DNA of 64,000 nucleotides from an uncultured Actinomycetota bacterium (GCA_963708795.1 CAVPUH010000006.1:34705-98704), one strand, 5' to 3'; counted from the first letter of the stretch, positions 11,041 through 23,400 are shown. A program made the numbers and translations. The notes: generated by a model from the letters alone, not told the origin.

Positions 11041-12072
11041 CCGACCGACGCTCGACCCCCGACGGCTCTGGCGACGACGTGGGCTCGGTGGCGCGACGAC
11101 GCTCCTGGACCGGGGCGACCCGCAGCGTGCTGGTGTCCCGTCGCTATCCGGCCACGATCGAGCAACTCTGGGACACCTGTACTCAACCCGACCTGCTCGC
11201 CCGGTGGTACGGCTCTGTCACGGGCGACACGTCGGTCGGCGGATCGGTGCGGCTCGGCGACGACGCGACCTGCGAGATCCTGCGCTGCGAGCGTCCCGAG
11301 CGGCTCGACGTGAGCTGGCAGGCCTTCGGCGAGACGAACATCGTCAGCCTCACGCTCGTAGCGGAGCCGGACGGGACCGCGCTCACCCTCGAGCATCTCG
11401 GGCTCATCGACGAACGACTGCTCGACTACGGCCCCGGCTGGGAGCGCCAACTCTCCCGGCTGGCCACGTTCCTCAGCCCCGGCTCGAATCCTGCTGACAA
11501 CCACGAGGTCCAGGCTCAGCTCGAACGCGATCGCGGTGACGCGTGGGCACGCCTTTCCGACGAGCCCGACGTCAGATTCGGACGGGCGGACGGTGTGGAC
11601 TCGGTGACCTTCTTCCGGGTGTTGGACGCACCGCGAGATCACGTCTGGACGGCGATCACCACGGTGGACGGGCTGTCCGCATGGTTCGGGGCGGCGACCG
11701 GAGACCTGGACCGACGGCGGAGACTGGACGGTCGACTTCGGCGGTGGCACCGCCAGCGGCACCGTCCAGGACTGTCAACCGGGGTTGGGATTCACGACCA
11801 CCTATCGCCAGGGGATCGACGGTCCCGACCAGGTTCACCGCGTGCGCGTCGAGCTCGCCGAGGAGGACGGGCTGACCCGCCTCACGCTGCGGCACACCTT
11901 CCCGCCGGGATCCACTCCACATCTTCGCCGGGGGATGAGCGCGGGATGGTCGGCGTTCCTCGCGTCGCTCCACGCGACGCTGGCCGGCCGCACACCCGAG
12001 GCCGTCGAAGCCACCTGGATGGTGGAGTTCCGCGTCGCCGCGATCGCACTCGGCTCGGGCGCCGAAGCCTGA
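11037..12072 (+). pseudogene. tandem SRPBCC (AHSA1/START-like) domain protein, one frame break near 11695
   Basis: ORF 11037.. (first domain) runs to ..VDGLSAWFGAATG. It then continues in the next frame as ETWTDGGDWTVDFGGGTASGTVQDCQPGLGFTTTYRQG.. (ORF 11785..12072). ATGA overlap with arsR. Confidence 0.75.
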
Positions 12073-12098
12073 CCGGCGGAGATCGATCCTCGAGCAGG

Positions 12099-12924
12099 TC
12101 AGGCGTCCAAGCCGAGCAGGGAGAACACCTCGGCGGCGGTGGCCGGTCGACCGTAGTCGGCGAGCTGGAAGCTCTCGGCGAACCGCACACCCGCGGCCCG
12201 GTCTGCTCCGTACCTCTCGATCAGCCCGGTGCGGAGCTCTTCCTGCGTGTACATGAACTCGCCCCAGAACTCGAGGATCAGGGCGCGCCGGTCGGCGTCC
12301 GCACCGTCCGGCGGCACGCGATCCAGGAAGCCACGGCCGGCCGGAGCATTCTCGAAGAACTGGGTGGCGTGCGCCGCACAGGCCAGGAGCTTGCGCTCGA
12401 TCGCAGCGTCGACGTCCACCACGAGATCCGGACGATGGCCGACCGGCGGTCTGATCGGTCATGACGAGACAGACCGGCTGCGTCCGGAGCGGCGGCCGGC
12501 GCGAGACCACGTTTCGCAGGGTGCTGAAGGCGACCGCGTCCCGGGTGGCGCGGCCCGCGGCCCGATTGTCCAGATGACCGGGACAATCGTCGTGGAGGGC
12601 GACGACGACATCGGTCTGCCACTCGCGCAGCGTCGCGATCACCTGCTTGCGAACCGCGAGGCTCGGCTCCAGTTCGCCGTCGTGGTGATCCAGGATCTCG
12701 TACTCGGCCACGCCCAGCTCGCGCGCCGCCAGGTATGCCTCCTCGGCGCGACGTCGAGCCAACGCCTTGCGTGGCACGTCGTCGTGGCCGGCATCACCGT
12801 TGGTCAGCGAGAGGAACTTGACCAGATGCCCACGGTCGGCGAGCAGAGCCGCCGTGCCGCCGGCGTACATGTCGGCCTCGTCCGGGTGCGCGGCCACCAT
12901 CAGCACCCTCAACTGGTCAACCAT
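12099..12924 (-). pseudogene. PIG-L family deacetylase (LmbE-like), one frame break near 12460
   Basis: N-terminal part from ORF 11656..12924 (VLMVAAHPDEADMYAGG...TNGDAGH). C-terminal part from ORF 12099..12422 (DLVVDVDAAIERKLLACAAHATQF). Confidence 0.8.
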
Positions 12925-12925
12925 G

Positions 12926-13819
12926 TCAGAGCGCTGACACGGTGACGCCGGAGAGCTTCTCGATCGCCTTCACGAGGCCGTGGTTCCCCTCGCCGCCGAG
13001 CCCGTCGGCCTGGAGCGTGCGGTAGAGCTGGTGCACGATGCTCGTGGCGATGGCCGGCACCCCGAGTTCGTCGGCCGCTTCGAGGACGAGCCGCAGGTCC
13101 TTCTGCTGCAGGTCGATCGTGAAGCCGGGCCGGAAGTCGCGTGCGGCCACCTGCGGTCCGCGGTTGGCGAGCATCCACGAACCCCCGCGCCGCCCTGGGT
13201 GGCGGCGACGGCGACGTTGGGATCGAGCCCACCGGCCTGCGCCAGCACGAGGGCCTCCGCCACTCCGAGCATGCTGACGACGACCAGCACCTGGTTGACG
13301 AGCTTGCACGTCTGGCCGGCGCCGACCCCGCCCACGTGGGTGATCGTCGAACCCACGGCCTCCAGGTACGGGCGCGCCCGGGCGACGTCCTCGTCGCTCC
13401 CGCCGGCCATGACGGAGAGGGTGCCCTTGACCGCGCCCTCGCTGCCGCCGGAGACGGGTGCGTCGACGAATCCGATGCCCTGCTCTGCCAGACGTTCGGC
13501 CCAGCCACGGGTCGCAGCAGGGGACACGGTGGAGTGGTCGACCACGAGCGCGCCGGTGGCCAGCCCGCCGGCCACGCCGTCGGCGCCGAAGAGCACCGTC
13601 TCGACGTCGGGGGTGTCGGAGACGCAGACGAAGACGACGTCGCTCTCGGCCGCCACCGCTTCCGGCGACCCGCCCACGGTGCGCACCCAACTCGACCAGC
13701 GGATCCGCCTTGGCCTGCGTGCGATTCCAGACGGTGACCTGGTGGCCGGCGCGGACCAGGTTGGCCGCCATGCCGGCGCCCATGATCCCGAGGCCGACGA
13801 AGCCGAGGCGCTCGGGCAT
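12926..13819 (-). pseudogene. NAD(P)-dependent beta-hydroxyacid dehydrogenase (3-hydroxyisobutyrate dehydrogenase family), frame breaks near 13686 and 13184
   Basis: [21 protein letters not shown] (ATG 13819), middle part in ORF 12970..13686, C-terminal part [23 protein letters not shown] in ORF 12926... The second break lies in a C5 run at 13182-13186. Confidence 0.8.
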
Positions 13820-13821
13820 CG

Positions 13822-15228
13822 TCAGCTCGCCTTCGAGACGCTGGAGCAGTTGAAGTCCGGAATGCGCAGCGGCGGCGCGACCACCCGGGGGAAGTAGTCG
13901 CCCCATTCGCGGGAGAACGCGTTGACCGAGGCGCCGGCCTCGGTGAAACGGCCGAGGATGTCGATCGGACTCTCGTTGAAGCGGAAGTTGTTCACGACGC
14001 CGGTCACCTCGCCGTTCTCGACGAGGTAGACGCCGTCGCGGGTCAACCCGGTGAGCAACAACGTCTGCGGATCGACTTCGCGGATGTACCACAGGGACGT
14101 GAAGAGCAGGCCGCGCTCGGTCGACGCGACCATCGCCGCAGTGTCTCCATGCCCGCCGTCGACCTCGACGATCAGGTTGTCGATGGCCGGCGTGTTGGCC
14201 AGGCCGGTGAGGCCGGCCGTGTGCCGGCTGGTGATCAGTGAGCTGAGACGCCCGCGATCCACCCAGGTCACCGGATCGGCGTCGAGGCCGTTGTCGAAGA
14301 CGCTGCTCTCGCTCGAACTGGCGCGGGCCGTGACGAACGGCGCACAGGGCACGCGCGGATCGGCCGGATCGCTCCGCAGCGTGATCGGCGAGGTCGACAA
14401 CTGTTCACCGACGCGAGTTCCACCGCCTGGCTTGGCGAAGACGGTGGTCCCGTCGTTGGCGTCGCGTGCGCTCGAGGTCCAGTAGGCGTAGATCATCAGG
14501 TCCGCGACCGACGTCGGCGGCAGCACGGTCTCGTACCGGCCGGCCGGGAGATCGATGCGCCGCGCGCCCCACCCGAGTCGGCGGTCCAACTCCGCGATCG
14601 CGGCACTGACGTCGACGTCGGCGAAGTCGACGGTGCCCTGTCCGTACCACGCCGAGTTCGAGCCGTCGCCGTCCTTCCCGGTCGTGCTCAGGTACCCGCC
14701 AGGCTGGACGAAACGCCGGCGGAGACCCGTGCTGGAACCCAGGTACGTCGTCGCCATCGTGTGCTCGACGAAGCCGTACAGCCGCTGCCCACGGGCTGCC
14801 GCAGCGCCGAACCCGTCGCCGAGCGCACCCGCGACACCGCCGAACACCTCGATCCCGGTGCGGCCGGGCTCGTCGCTGAAGCCGGCTTCCGGGTCCCCGG
14901 CGGGCAGGTCCCGCGCGTCCTCGGCGACGGCTGCCGAGCGGGCGGCGGCCACGGCGTCCTCCACGAGACTCTCGACGCCACTGACGTCGGTGACCTCGCG
15001 GGTCACCACCCCCGCGGCCACCCCGTCCGGTCGCGGGTCGGTCGCGATGACGGTGAGGCTCTGACCCGACATGACGCCGTTGGTCGTGAGCGTGTTGTTC
15101 GCCCAGCGCAGGTTGGCGGAACTGGTGGCCTCGGCGATGGCCACGGCCGCACCGGCCGGGTTCGCCGACGCGGCCATCGCCAGCGCGCGCTCGACGAGTT
15201 CGTGCGGGGGCAGGACGGACGCGCTCAT
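13822..15228 (-). CDS. pmbA: TldD/PmbA family metallopeptidase, PmbA-like subunit (no HExxxH)
   Basis: ORF 13822..15228, 468 aa. It is paralogous to the adjacent TldD and overlaps its stop. Confidence 0.8.
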   Translation of the reverse strand: MSASVLPPHELVERALAMAASANPAGAAVAIAEATSSANLRWANNTLTTNGVMSGQSLTVIATDPRPDGVAAGVVTREVTDVSGVESLVEDAVAAARSAAVAEDARDLPAGDPEAGFSDEPGRTGIEVFGGVAGALGDGFGAAAARGQRLYGFVEHTMATTYLGSSTGLRRRFVQPGGYLSTTGKDGDGSNSAWYGQGTVDFADVDVSAAIAELDRRLGWGARRIDLPAGRYETVLPPTSVADLMIYAYWTSSARDANDGTTVFAKPGGGTRVGEQLSTSPITLRSDPADPRVPCAPFVTARASSSESSVFDNGLDADPVTWVDRGRLSSLITSRHTAGLTGLANTPAIDNLIVEVDGGHGDTAAMVASTERGLLFTSLWYIREVDPQTLLLTGLTRDGVYLVENGEVTGVVNNFRFNESPIDILGRFTEAGASVNAFSREWGDYFPRVVAPPLRIPDFNCSSVSKAS

Positions 15229-16746
15229 CGACCGGACTCCTCGTTGGTGTTCAGGATGCGGATGTCACGGAACAAGGCCGACGGGCAGCCGTGGCTGACC
15301 GCGGCGACCTGGCCCGGCTCGGCCTTGCCGCAGTTGAATGCGCCGCCCAGCACCCAGGTCGATGCGCCGCCGACTGCTTCCATCGAGCCCCAGAAGTCCG
15401 TGGTCGTGGCCTGGTAGGCGGCGTCGCGCACCTGGCCGGCGAGCTGTCCGTTCTCGATCGCGTAGAAGCGTTGCCCGGTGAACTGGAAGTTGTAGCGCTG
15501 CATGTCGATCGACCAGGACTTGTCGCCGACGATGTAGAGACCGCGGTCGACCTTGGCGATGAGGTCGGCGGTGGTGACGTCCTCGGTGGCCGGCGCGAGG
15601 GAGACGTTGGCCATGCGCTGGATCGGCACGTGGCCGGGCGAATCGGCGAACGCGCACCCGTTCGACCGCTCGAAGCCGTACCGCTTGGCGATGCGGCGAT
15701 CGAGCTGGTAGCCCACCAGCGTGCCGTCGCGGACGATCTCCCACTGCTGGGTCTCGACCCCGTCGTCGTCGAAACCGGTGCTCGCGAGGCCGTGCGGGAC
15801 GGTCCGGTCGCCGGTGATCGTCATGATCGGCGATCCGTAGGCGAGCTTGTTCAGCTTGTCGGGAGTGGCGAACGAGGTGCCGGCGTAGTTCGCCTCGTAG
15901 CCGAGCGCGCGGTCGAGCTCGGTGGCGTGACCGATGGACTCGTGGATGGTCAGCCACAGATTGGACGGGTCGACGACGAGGTCGTACTGCCCGGCCGCGA
16001 CCGACGGCGCCGCGAGCTTCTCGGCCAGCAGGCCCGGAAGTGCGGTGACGTCGGCGGTGAGCGCATCGGAGGTGACGTACTCCCAGCCGCGGCCGGCCGG
16101 TGGAGTCAGCGTCCGCATCGAGTCGAACAGGCCTCGGTCGGCGTCGGCGCCGTGGACCTCGACCTGCGGCATCAGCCGGACCCGCTGTTGGGTCGTGCTC
16201 GTACCCGCGGAGTCCGCGTAGAACTTGTTCTCCTGCACCTGTGAGAGCGAGCTGCCGACGTGGGCGACCGGTGCCGAACCGAGGACCGCGGACGACAGCT
16301 CGACGAGCCGCTTGACCTTCTCCGGCGTGCTCACGTCGAAGGGGTTGACGTCGTACGCGCGAGACCCACGTGCGGTCCCCGTGCACGGGCTCGTCGGCCA
16401 GTTCGATCGGTTCACGGGTCATGGGCTTGGCCGTGCGCGCCACCGCGACCGCGTCCTCGGCCAGCTTGCGCACGGCATCCGGAGTCAGCTCGACACCGGC
16501 GGCGAAGCCCCACGATCCGTCGTGGACGACACGGACCGCGACGCCGAGCTCCGTCCCCGACGAGGCGTTCTGCACCACGGCGTCGTGGAGGGAGATGCGC
16601 TGATGACGGATCCGCTCGACGCGGACGTCGGCGTGCTCGGCTCCGAGCTCGCGCGCTCGGCGCAAACCCGCTTCGGCGAGCGCGGTCAGGGGCAGGGAGG
16701 TGAACGCAGGATCGATCTCGGCAGGCACGGCGGCGAGCCTAGCCAA
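15225..16746 (-). pseudogene. tldD: metalloprotease TldD, one frame break near 16360
   Basis: N-terminal part from ORF 15265..16746 (..VRVVHDGSWGFAAG..EPVHGDRTWVS). The rest is from ORF 15225..16415 (AYDVNPFDV...HESIGHATELD...GGAFNCGK). The break lies in a CGCGCG stretch. Confidence 0.85.
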
Positions 16747-16817
16747 CCGAGGATTGTCGGCTCGCGCGGCCCGTCGCCGGGAATGTGTCGGACGTGATCG
16801 TTAGCGTGCGAACCGAC

Positions 16818-17952
16818 ATGGTGACGATTCTCTGTTCGGCCGACTGGCAGCTCGGGATGCGCCGGCGCTTCTTCAGCGCCGAGGCGCAGAACCGCTACAC
16901 CCAGGCGCGCATCGACGTGATCGATCACATCGCCGCCCTGGTCGGTTCACGTGGAGTGGATGCGGTCGTCGTCGCTGGTGACGTCTTCGACGCGAATCGG
17001 GTCGACCGCCGGGTCGTCCTGCGTGCGGCCGAGTCGCTGGGCCGGGTGGGGTGCCCGGTCTACCTGCTGCCCGGCAACCACGACAGTCTCGAACCGGGCA
17101 GCGTCTGGGCGAGCGCGGAATGGCGTGCCGTCGCACCGCCGAACGTCCACGTCCTCACCGACACCGCGGTCACCGTCGGCGTCGGGGCCGAGTCGGTCGA
17201 GATCGTCGGCGCGCCGTGGCGCAGCCGTCGGCCGGCCGCGGATCCGCTCACCGGGCCGGAGTCCGGGCTGCTCACCCGGCTCGAGCCGGCGACGACGCCC
17301 CGCGTGGTGGTGGCGCACGGCCAGGTGGACACGTTCCCCGGCACGTCGCCGTTACCGCCGGTCGCGGTCTCCGTCGTCGAGGCTGCGCTCACCGACGGTC
17401 GCGCCGACCTCGTCGTGCTCGGGGACCGCCACTCCACGACGTCGGTCGGTGCATCGGATCGGATCTGGTATCCGGGGACTCCGGAGGTGACCGACACCGA
17501 CGAGCTCGGCGCCCGGCAACGTGCTCCTGGCCGAGCTCGGCGCCGACCGCACGATCGACGTCGAGACGGTCCCCATCGGCAGCTGGCACATGCTCGACGC
17601 GACGATCGAGTTCGACGGTGCGGCCTCGGTCGACGCCTTCGACCGTTGGCTGGGCGACCTGCCCGACAAGCCACGTACCTTCGTCCGGTTGCACGCCTCC
17701 GGCGCACTCGGCCTCGACGATCGCCAGCACCTCGAACTCGTCCTCGACGCGGCCGCCCAGGTGCTCGCCGGCATCCAACGCCAACAGTGGGACGTGCAAC
17801 CGGTTCCCGACGACGCGGCGCTCGACGCGCTCGGGCTGGCCGGGGCGGTGCGTGAGGCGATGCTCGAGCTGCGGTCCGCCGCGCTCACCGGCGACGTCAC
17901 CGCCGCGAACGCGCTCACACTCCTGCACCGGCTCACGGTCGGGGCGGCCTGA
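16818..17952 (+). pseudogene. SbcD-like metallophosphoesterase (DNA-repair exonuclease family), one frame break near 17510
   Basis: MVTILCSADWQLG, GDVFD and GNHD motifs (ORF 16785..17855). C-terminal part in ORF 17521..17952. Comparable to the Rv1277-type partner of a coiled-coil ATPase. Confidence 0.8.
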
Positions 17953-17953
17953 C

Positions 17954-20809
17954 ATGCGTCTGCATCGCCTTCGCCTCACCGACTTCCGCGGCGTCCGGGA
18001 TGTCGAGGTGTCGTTCGCCGAGTCCGGTGTCACCGTGGTGCTGGCCGACAACGAGGCCGGCAAGTCGAGCCTGCTCGAGGCGTTCGCCATGCTCTTTCGG
18101 ATGCGTGACGACTCGCAGCATCGGGCGGTGCGCGCGGTCCGTCCAGTCGGCCGTGACGTCGGTAGCACTGTCGAGGCTCGGCTCGAGCTCGGTGGTCACG
18201 ACGTCGTCTACCGCAAGACCTGGTCGCGAGACCGTGCCACCGTGCTCACCGTCGACGGTCGCCAGTCGGTCGGCCGGGACGCTCACGACGCAGCCGCCGC
18301 GTTGTTCCGCGAGTATGTCGACGATCACCTCTGGACGGCGCTGGTCGTCGGCCAGTCCGAGTCGCTGCTGCAGCCGGTCGCCCGCGACGTCGGATCACTC
18401 CTGACCGTGCTGTCGGACGCTGGCCGACGCCGAGCCGGCGGAGACCGGTCAGGCCGAGGAGTCGCTGACCCTCCGCGTGGAGAAGGAGTACCGGAGGTAC
18501 TTCACGGCGAGTTTCGGACGCCCGACCGGTGAACTGGCGGCTGCCGAGGAGGAGCTCGAGGCAGCCGAGAAGCACGCGGTCGACTGTCGCGCGGCCGCCG
18601 AGCAGATCGACCGCACGGTCGACGAGGCGCATCGGCTCGATGCCGACAGTGGCCGACTGCGTGCGGAGCGCGCCGCGACCACCGCCCAGCTCGTCGCTCT
18701 GACCGGTCGCCTCGGGGACGTGGAGCGAGCGCAGGCGGCCAAGGCACAGGCGGCGGCGCGCGTCGAACTCGCGCGGCTGCGATGCACTGCGGCCACGGAG
18801 GCCGCGCATACCCGCGCCGTCGATGTCACCCGGCTGACCGAGCTCGGCGCCGCCATCGACCGGCACCGGGGAAGCCTGGCAGCAGCGGAAGCAGCGGTGG
18901 CGACCGCCGTGGCAGCTGTCGCGGACGCCCACGGGATCGCCGAGGCAGCCACGGCGCTCGCCCGTCGGCGCCGGGAAGAACTGGCCCGCTGGCACCGTGC
19001 CGAGGACCGACGTCGCAACCAGAACGAGCTGCGCGAGCTCGATGAGAGGCTGGACGCGGTGCGGGCGGCGGTCGCCGAGCAGAAGCGGCACGAGGACGCG
19101 GCCGGCTCGATCCTCGCCACGCCCGAGATGCTCGACCTCATCGAGCAGCTGATCCGCGAGACCGCGCTCGCCCAGGCGCGCCTGGACGCCGCAACCCCGC
19201 GGGTCACCGTTCGACGCCTCGGAGCCGGCCAGGTCACGGTGGGCAGACCCGGGGCGACCGAGACGACGGTCGGCTCGGAGCCCGTCGACCTCTCGGTGAC
19301 CGAGGCTGTCGTCGTCACCGTGGCCGACGCGGCAGAGATCAGGATCGTCCCGCCCGAGGCCGGCGTGGACGAACTCCGCACTGCGCTGGCCACAGATCAG
19401 GCCCATATCGATGAGGCACTGGTGGAACTCGGCGCTGTCGACATCACCGAGGTCCGCGACGCGGTTCGCCGTCGCGACGTGGAGCTCCGGGCCGCTTCGG
19501 ATGCTGCCGCGCGCGTTCGGGCCGGCCTCGGTCGCGACACCCTGGCGGACACTCACGGCCAGCCGTCATCGGCTCGCCGACGGTCTCGCCGACCCCGCGC
19601 ATGACGTGCTGGACGGCACCGATCATCCCGACCCGCTGTCCGGCCCGTTGCCGGTGGTCGAAGCTCGTGCCGCCGAGGCCGACGCCGCGGTCGATGCGGC
19701 CGACGCCGTGCTGGCCCGTGCTGAGGCCGCGGCCGAGAGCGCGCGTCGAGCCGAACTGGCGGCCAGGATCCGACACGACGACTGCGTGGCCGCGCACTCC
19801 GACCTGACCGTGCGGCTCGCGCAAGCACGCGACCTCGTCGACGACGAGGCGGTCGACCGCGACCGTCGACGGTGCGCGGGCCGAGGTCGCGGCGGCCGAC
19901 ACGGAATGGCAGGGCGCGGTAGCAGCGTTCGCGGCCGGCGGGTTCGACGAGATCGTCCGGTCGCACCGCCTCGCGGTCGAGCACGAGGCTCGCCTCGGGA
20001 ACGAACTCGCCGAGGTCGAAGAACGCCGCATCCGGGCCGAGACACGGCTCGAGGACGCGGGCGCGAGCGGGCTGGCGACCGCGGTGGAGGAGGCGGAAGC
20101 CGATCTCGAGCACGCTCGCGAGCACTGCCAGCTCGTGCGGCGCCGCGCGGATGCGGCTGCGCTGCTGAAGAAGACCCTCGAGCACCACATGACTTCTGCC
20201 CGCGTGCGCTACGCGGCGCCGCTCAAGCGTCAGATCGAGGAGTTCGGCCGGATCGCCTTCGGACCGAGCTTCGAGGTTCGCCTCGACGACGACCTCGACG
20301 TGATCGAACGCTCACTCGACGGCATGCTCCTGCCTGTCGCCGCCTTGTCCACCGGAGCTCAGGAGCAGCTCGCCATCGTCGTCAGGCTGGCGATCGCGTC
20401 GCTGACTGGGAAGGACGGCGCCGGTGTCCCGCTGATCCTCGACGACGTGCTCGGCTGGTCGGACCCCGGGCGCCTCGTCCACATGCAGCGACTGCTCGGG
20501 GAGGTCGGCCGGAGCCAACAGATCATCGTGTTGACCAGCCAGTGGGATCGGTACCGCCTTGTCCCCGGCGTGGGCGAGCCGGTTCGGCTGGGCGCGTACT
20601 CAGGCGGGGGACCGCTCGTACAGCCGGGCGACCACGGCCTCGATGTCGGGATCCGCGACGGTCAGGTCGAGCATCGGGTAGCGCGCCGCGACCTCGGCGA
20701 CGAGCCCGGCGGCCGGGGTCGTCGCCGGAAACGTGATCCACTGCCGCGGGCCTTCGATCCGCACGACGCGCCCGCCCGCGATCTCGATGGCACCCTGTTC
20801 GACCTCTAG
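17954..20809 (+). pseudogene. SbcC/SMC-like coiled-coil AAA ATPase, frame breaks near 18420, 19548 and 19858
   Basis: Walker A DNEAGKSSLLEA, a long Ala/Glu/Arg coiled coil, signature LSTGAQEQL and Walker B PLILDDVLGWSD across four frames. The conserved end is probably near 20600. The first in-frame stop is at 20809, inside the convergent ABC gene. Confidence 0.75.
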
Positions 20810-21559
20810 GTCCACGACGAGGGTCCGTTCGGCGTCGCCGAAGCGATGCAGTTCGGCGATCGTCCCGTCGAAGACCATGCTGCCGTGGTCGATCACCATC
20901 ACCCGTGAGCAGAGCCGCTCGATATCGCCGAGGTCATGGGTCGTCAACAGCACGGTGGTGCCACGTTCGGTGTTCCGGGCGGCGAGGAACTCGCGCACAC
21001 GGGTCTTGCTGATCACGTCGAGACCGATCGTCGGTTCGTCGAGATAGAGGATCTCCGGATCGTGGAGCAGCGCGGCGGCGATGTCGCCCCGCATGCGCTG
21101 CCCGAGTGACAACTGGCGAACCGGTGTGTCCAGCAGCGGCCCGAGGTCGAGCAGGGTCACGAGTTCGTCGAGATTCTCCTGGTGGCGGGTCACACCGACC
21201 TTGTAGATGCGCCGGAGCAGGGCGAAGGAGTCCCGCAGCGGCAGGTCCCACCACAGCGTGGTGCGCTGACCGAAGACGACACCGATCCGGCGCGAGAGTG
21301 CCAGCCGCTGCTTCATCGGCTCCATGCCGGCCACGAGCAGCTTGCCGCTCGTCGGCGTGAGCACGCCGGTCAGCATCTTGATCGTGGTCGACTTGCCGGC
21401 GCCGTTCGGGCCGATGTAGCCGACCAGTTCGCCGGGCGCGACCTCGAAGCTGAGCTCCGAGACGGCCCGCACGGTCTGCTTCTCGCGCCGCACCCGCCCC
21501 GCCTTGCGACGGACCACGAACGTCTTCTCGACGTCGGACACTTCGATGACGGCACTCAT
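20600..21559 (-). CDS. ABC transporter ATP-binding protein (ABC-2 / DrrA-like)
   Basis: Internal ATG 21559 of ORF 20600..21778. Motifs GPNGAGKST, LSLGQRMR, LYLDEPTIGLD. ATGA overlap with the upstream permease. Confidence 0.9.
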   Translation of the reverse strand: MSAVIEVSDVEKTFVVRRKAGRVRREKQTVRAVSELSFEVAPGELVGYIGPNGAGKSTTIKMLTGVLTPTSGKLLVAGMEPMKQRLALSRRIGVVFGQRTTLWWDLPLRDSFALLRRIYKVGVTRHQENLDELVTLLDLGPLLDTPVRQLSLGQRMRGDIAAALLHDPEILYLDEPTIGLDVISKTRVREFLAARNTERGTTVLLTTHDLGDIERLCSRVMVIDHGSMVFDGTIAELHRFGDAERTLVVDLEVEQGAIEIAGGRVVRIEGPRQWITFPATTPAAGLVAEVAARYPMLDLTVADPDIEAVVARLYERSPA

Positions 21560-22407
21560 GATCCGGTACTCCGATACGAACGGACGGCGAGTCGCCAGAT
21601 GATCCCGGCGACTCCGAGCAGCAGGGCAGCGGCCACGGGCGAGCACCACGCGACGAACGCGGGCATGTCCAGTGGCAATGGGCGATCGAGGATCCACGCC
21701 GCCGGGACCCAGCTCACGAAGGCGAGCGGCAGGATGAAGACCGTGGAGCGGACGATCTCGATCGGATAGATGGTCCACGGCAGCTGGGTGAGGGCGTCGC
21801 CGCCGTAGGTGAAGGCGTTGCTGACCTCGGCCGCGTCACCGGCGACGAACTGGAAGCATGCCCCGAGCAGGAAGATGGCGGTGAAGATCGCCGTACCGGA
21901 CGCGATCATGACGACGACCAGCAGGGCTTTGGCCGGGGTCCACGCCACATCGCCCAACAGCATGGCGAGGACGAGGACGAGCGTGGTCTGGGCGATCCGC
22001 CCGATCCGCCGGATGGCGAACTGGTCGGCCGCGACCTGGGCGACCAGCGGAATCGGTCGGACCAGCATCGAATCGAGTGAGCCGTCGCGGATCCTGCGGC
22101 CGACCTGTTCGAGCGAGCCGGCGAACAGATCGGCGAAGGCGAGCGCGATTCCTGAAGTGGCGTAGAGGAAATAGACCTCCGCCGAGGTGAACCCGCCGAT
22201 CTCGCGTGTGTGGGTGAACAGGATGAGGATCATCACGAAGTCGACTCCGGTGATGACGAACTGCCCGAGCGACAGCAGCACGAAGGACGTCCGGTAGGAC
22301 ACCGCCGACCGGATCCACATGGCGGCGATCATGCGGTAGCCGGCGACTCCGTCGACGACCGGTCGCGGCGTCGCGCGGGTGCTCGCGGTCGAGATCAGGT
22401 CAGCCAC
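21556..22407 (-). CDS. ABC-2 family transporter permease
   Basis: ORF 21556..22407 (GTG). About six hydrophobic segments. Overlaps the neighbours on both sides, consistent with an operon. Confidence 0.7.
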   Translation of the reverse strand: MADLISTASTRATPRPVVDGVAGYRMIAAMWIRSAVSYRTSFVLLSLGQFVITGVDFVMILILFTHTREIGGFTSAEVYFLYATSGIALAFADLFAGSLEQVGRRIRDGSLDSMLVRPIPLVAQVAADQFAIRRIGRIAQTTLVLVLAMLLGDVAWTPAKALLVVVMIASGTAIFTAIFLLGACFQFVAGDAAEVSNAFTYGGDALTQLPWTIYPIEIVRSTVFILPLAFVSWVPAAWILDRPLPLDMPAFVAWCSPVAAALLLGVAGIIWRLAVRSYRSTGS

Positions 22408-23200
22408 CCTGCACCACCAGTCGATGCGTCGCGAGACTCATGAGGGCCCGCCCCACCAGGAGCAGCACCACGGCCCAGACCAGCGACGTGGCCAGCTCGC
22501 CGACTGGTGCCCACCCGCTCGTCTGACCGAGGAAGACGTCGACGGGGGTCTGGATCATGGCAGCCCAGGGGAGGGCCAGCGCGATGCGTGCGAGCCAGTC
22601 CGGGAACATGCCGATGGGCAGGACGAACCCCGAGAGGAACATCCCGGCGGTGTTGACGAGGAAGAGCAGGCCGCGCGTGTCGAGCAACCAGAATCCGATC
22701 AGGGCGACGATGAAGCGGATGCCGAAGCCGACGACGACGCCGAGGAAGACCGCGATGAGGAAGGCGATCCAGCCGGCGGCATCGGCCGGGAACCTCAGGT
22801 GGAACAACAACGCCCCGATGATCGTCGGCGGGATGCCGCGCCCCAGGAAGCTGTAGGCGGCTCGGCCCAGTTCGGCGGCCAGCCACCAGCTCTGGAGGTC
22901 GGTCGGGCGATAGAGGTCGACGACGATGTCACCGGTGCGCAGCCGCTCCGCCAGCTCTTCGGTGTAGCCGCCGCCGAAGATGCCGGTCGTCATGATGAGG
23001 GATTGGGTGAGCCAGCAGTAGGTGACGGCATCGGTCGCGTCGTAGCCGCCGATGCTCGGGTTCGTCGCCCAGACGGCGAGGAGGACATAGCAGCGGATGA
23101 CGCCGAACACCGAGTTGACGAAGACACCCGTCACGGTGGCCCAGCGGTAGGTCGAGAAGCGGCGGAAGGACGATCTGGCTACGGCGAGGTGCAGGCGCAC
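22400..23200 (-). CDS. ABC-2 family transporter permease (second subunit)
   Basis: ORF 22400..23362. GTG 23200 is preceded by GGGAG. Polytopic membrane protein paralogous in architecture to 21556..22407. Confidence 0.7.
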   Translation of the reverse strand: MRLHLAVARSSFRRFSTYRWATVTGVFVNSVFGVIRCYVLLAVWATNPSIGGYDATDAVTYCWLTQSLIMTTGIFGGGYTEELAERLRTGDIVVDLYRPTDLQSWWLAAELGRAAYSFLGRGIPPTIIGALLFHLRFPADAAGWIAFLIAVFLGVVVGFGIRFIVALIGFWLLDTRGLLFLVNTAGMFLSGFVLPIGMFPDWLARIALALPWAAMIQTPVDVFLGQTSGWAPVGELATSLVWAVVLLLVGRALMSLATHRLVVQGG

Positions 23201-23400
23201 GACTGGCTCCCGGGAGTGGGCGGACAGGCACGCCACGGCGCGAGGGCACGCGACAGTGCACCCGAGGCCAGGCCGGTGGGGCCAGTCCGCGGGTGACGGG
23301 AATAAGAGGAGTTGGGTTGTCAAGGCTGAAGGTGAGCCAGGGAACGTTAGTCCAGACACCACCGGAAGGCAAGAGGCAGGCGCCGGGTAGGTTCGTCGGC

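Noticed and set aside
20600-20809. Genuine 210-nt convergent overlap between the SbcC-like gene and the ABC ATPase gene
   Set aside because: The conserved C-terminus of the ATPase family ends near 20597. The extension is Arg/Gly-rich read-through, most likely due to a lost stop in an already frameshifted gene.
23201-23400. Riboswitch in the 200-nt leader of the DUF3817 gene
   Set aside because: The purine-rich AAGAGGAG and CCAGGGAAC..CCGGAAGGC strings did not match any riboswitch core I know. AAGAGGAG is better explained as a Shine-Dalgarno for an alternative in-frame TTG start at 23317.
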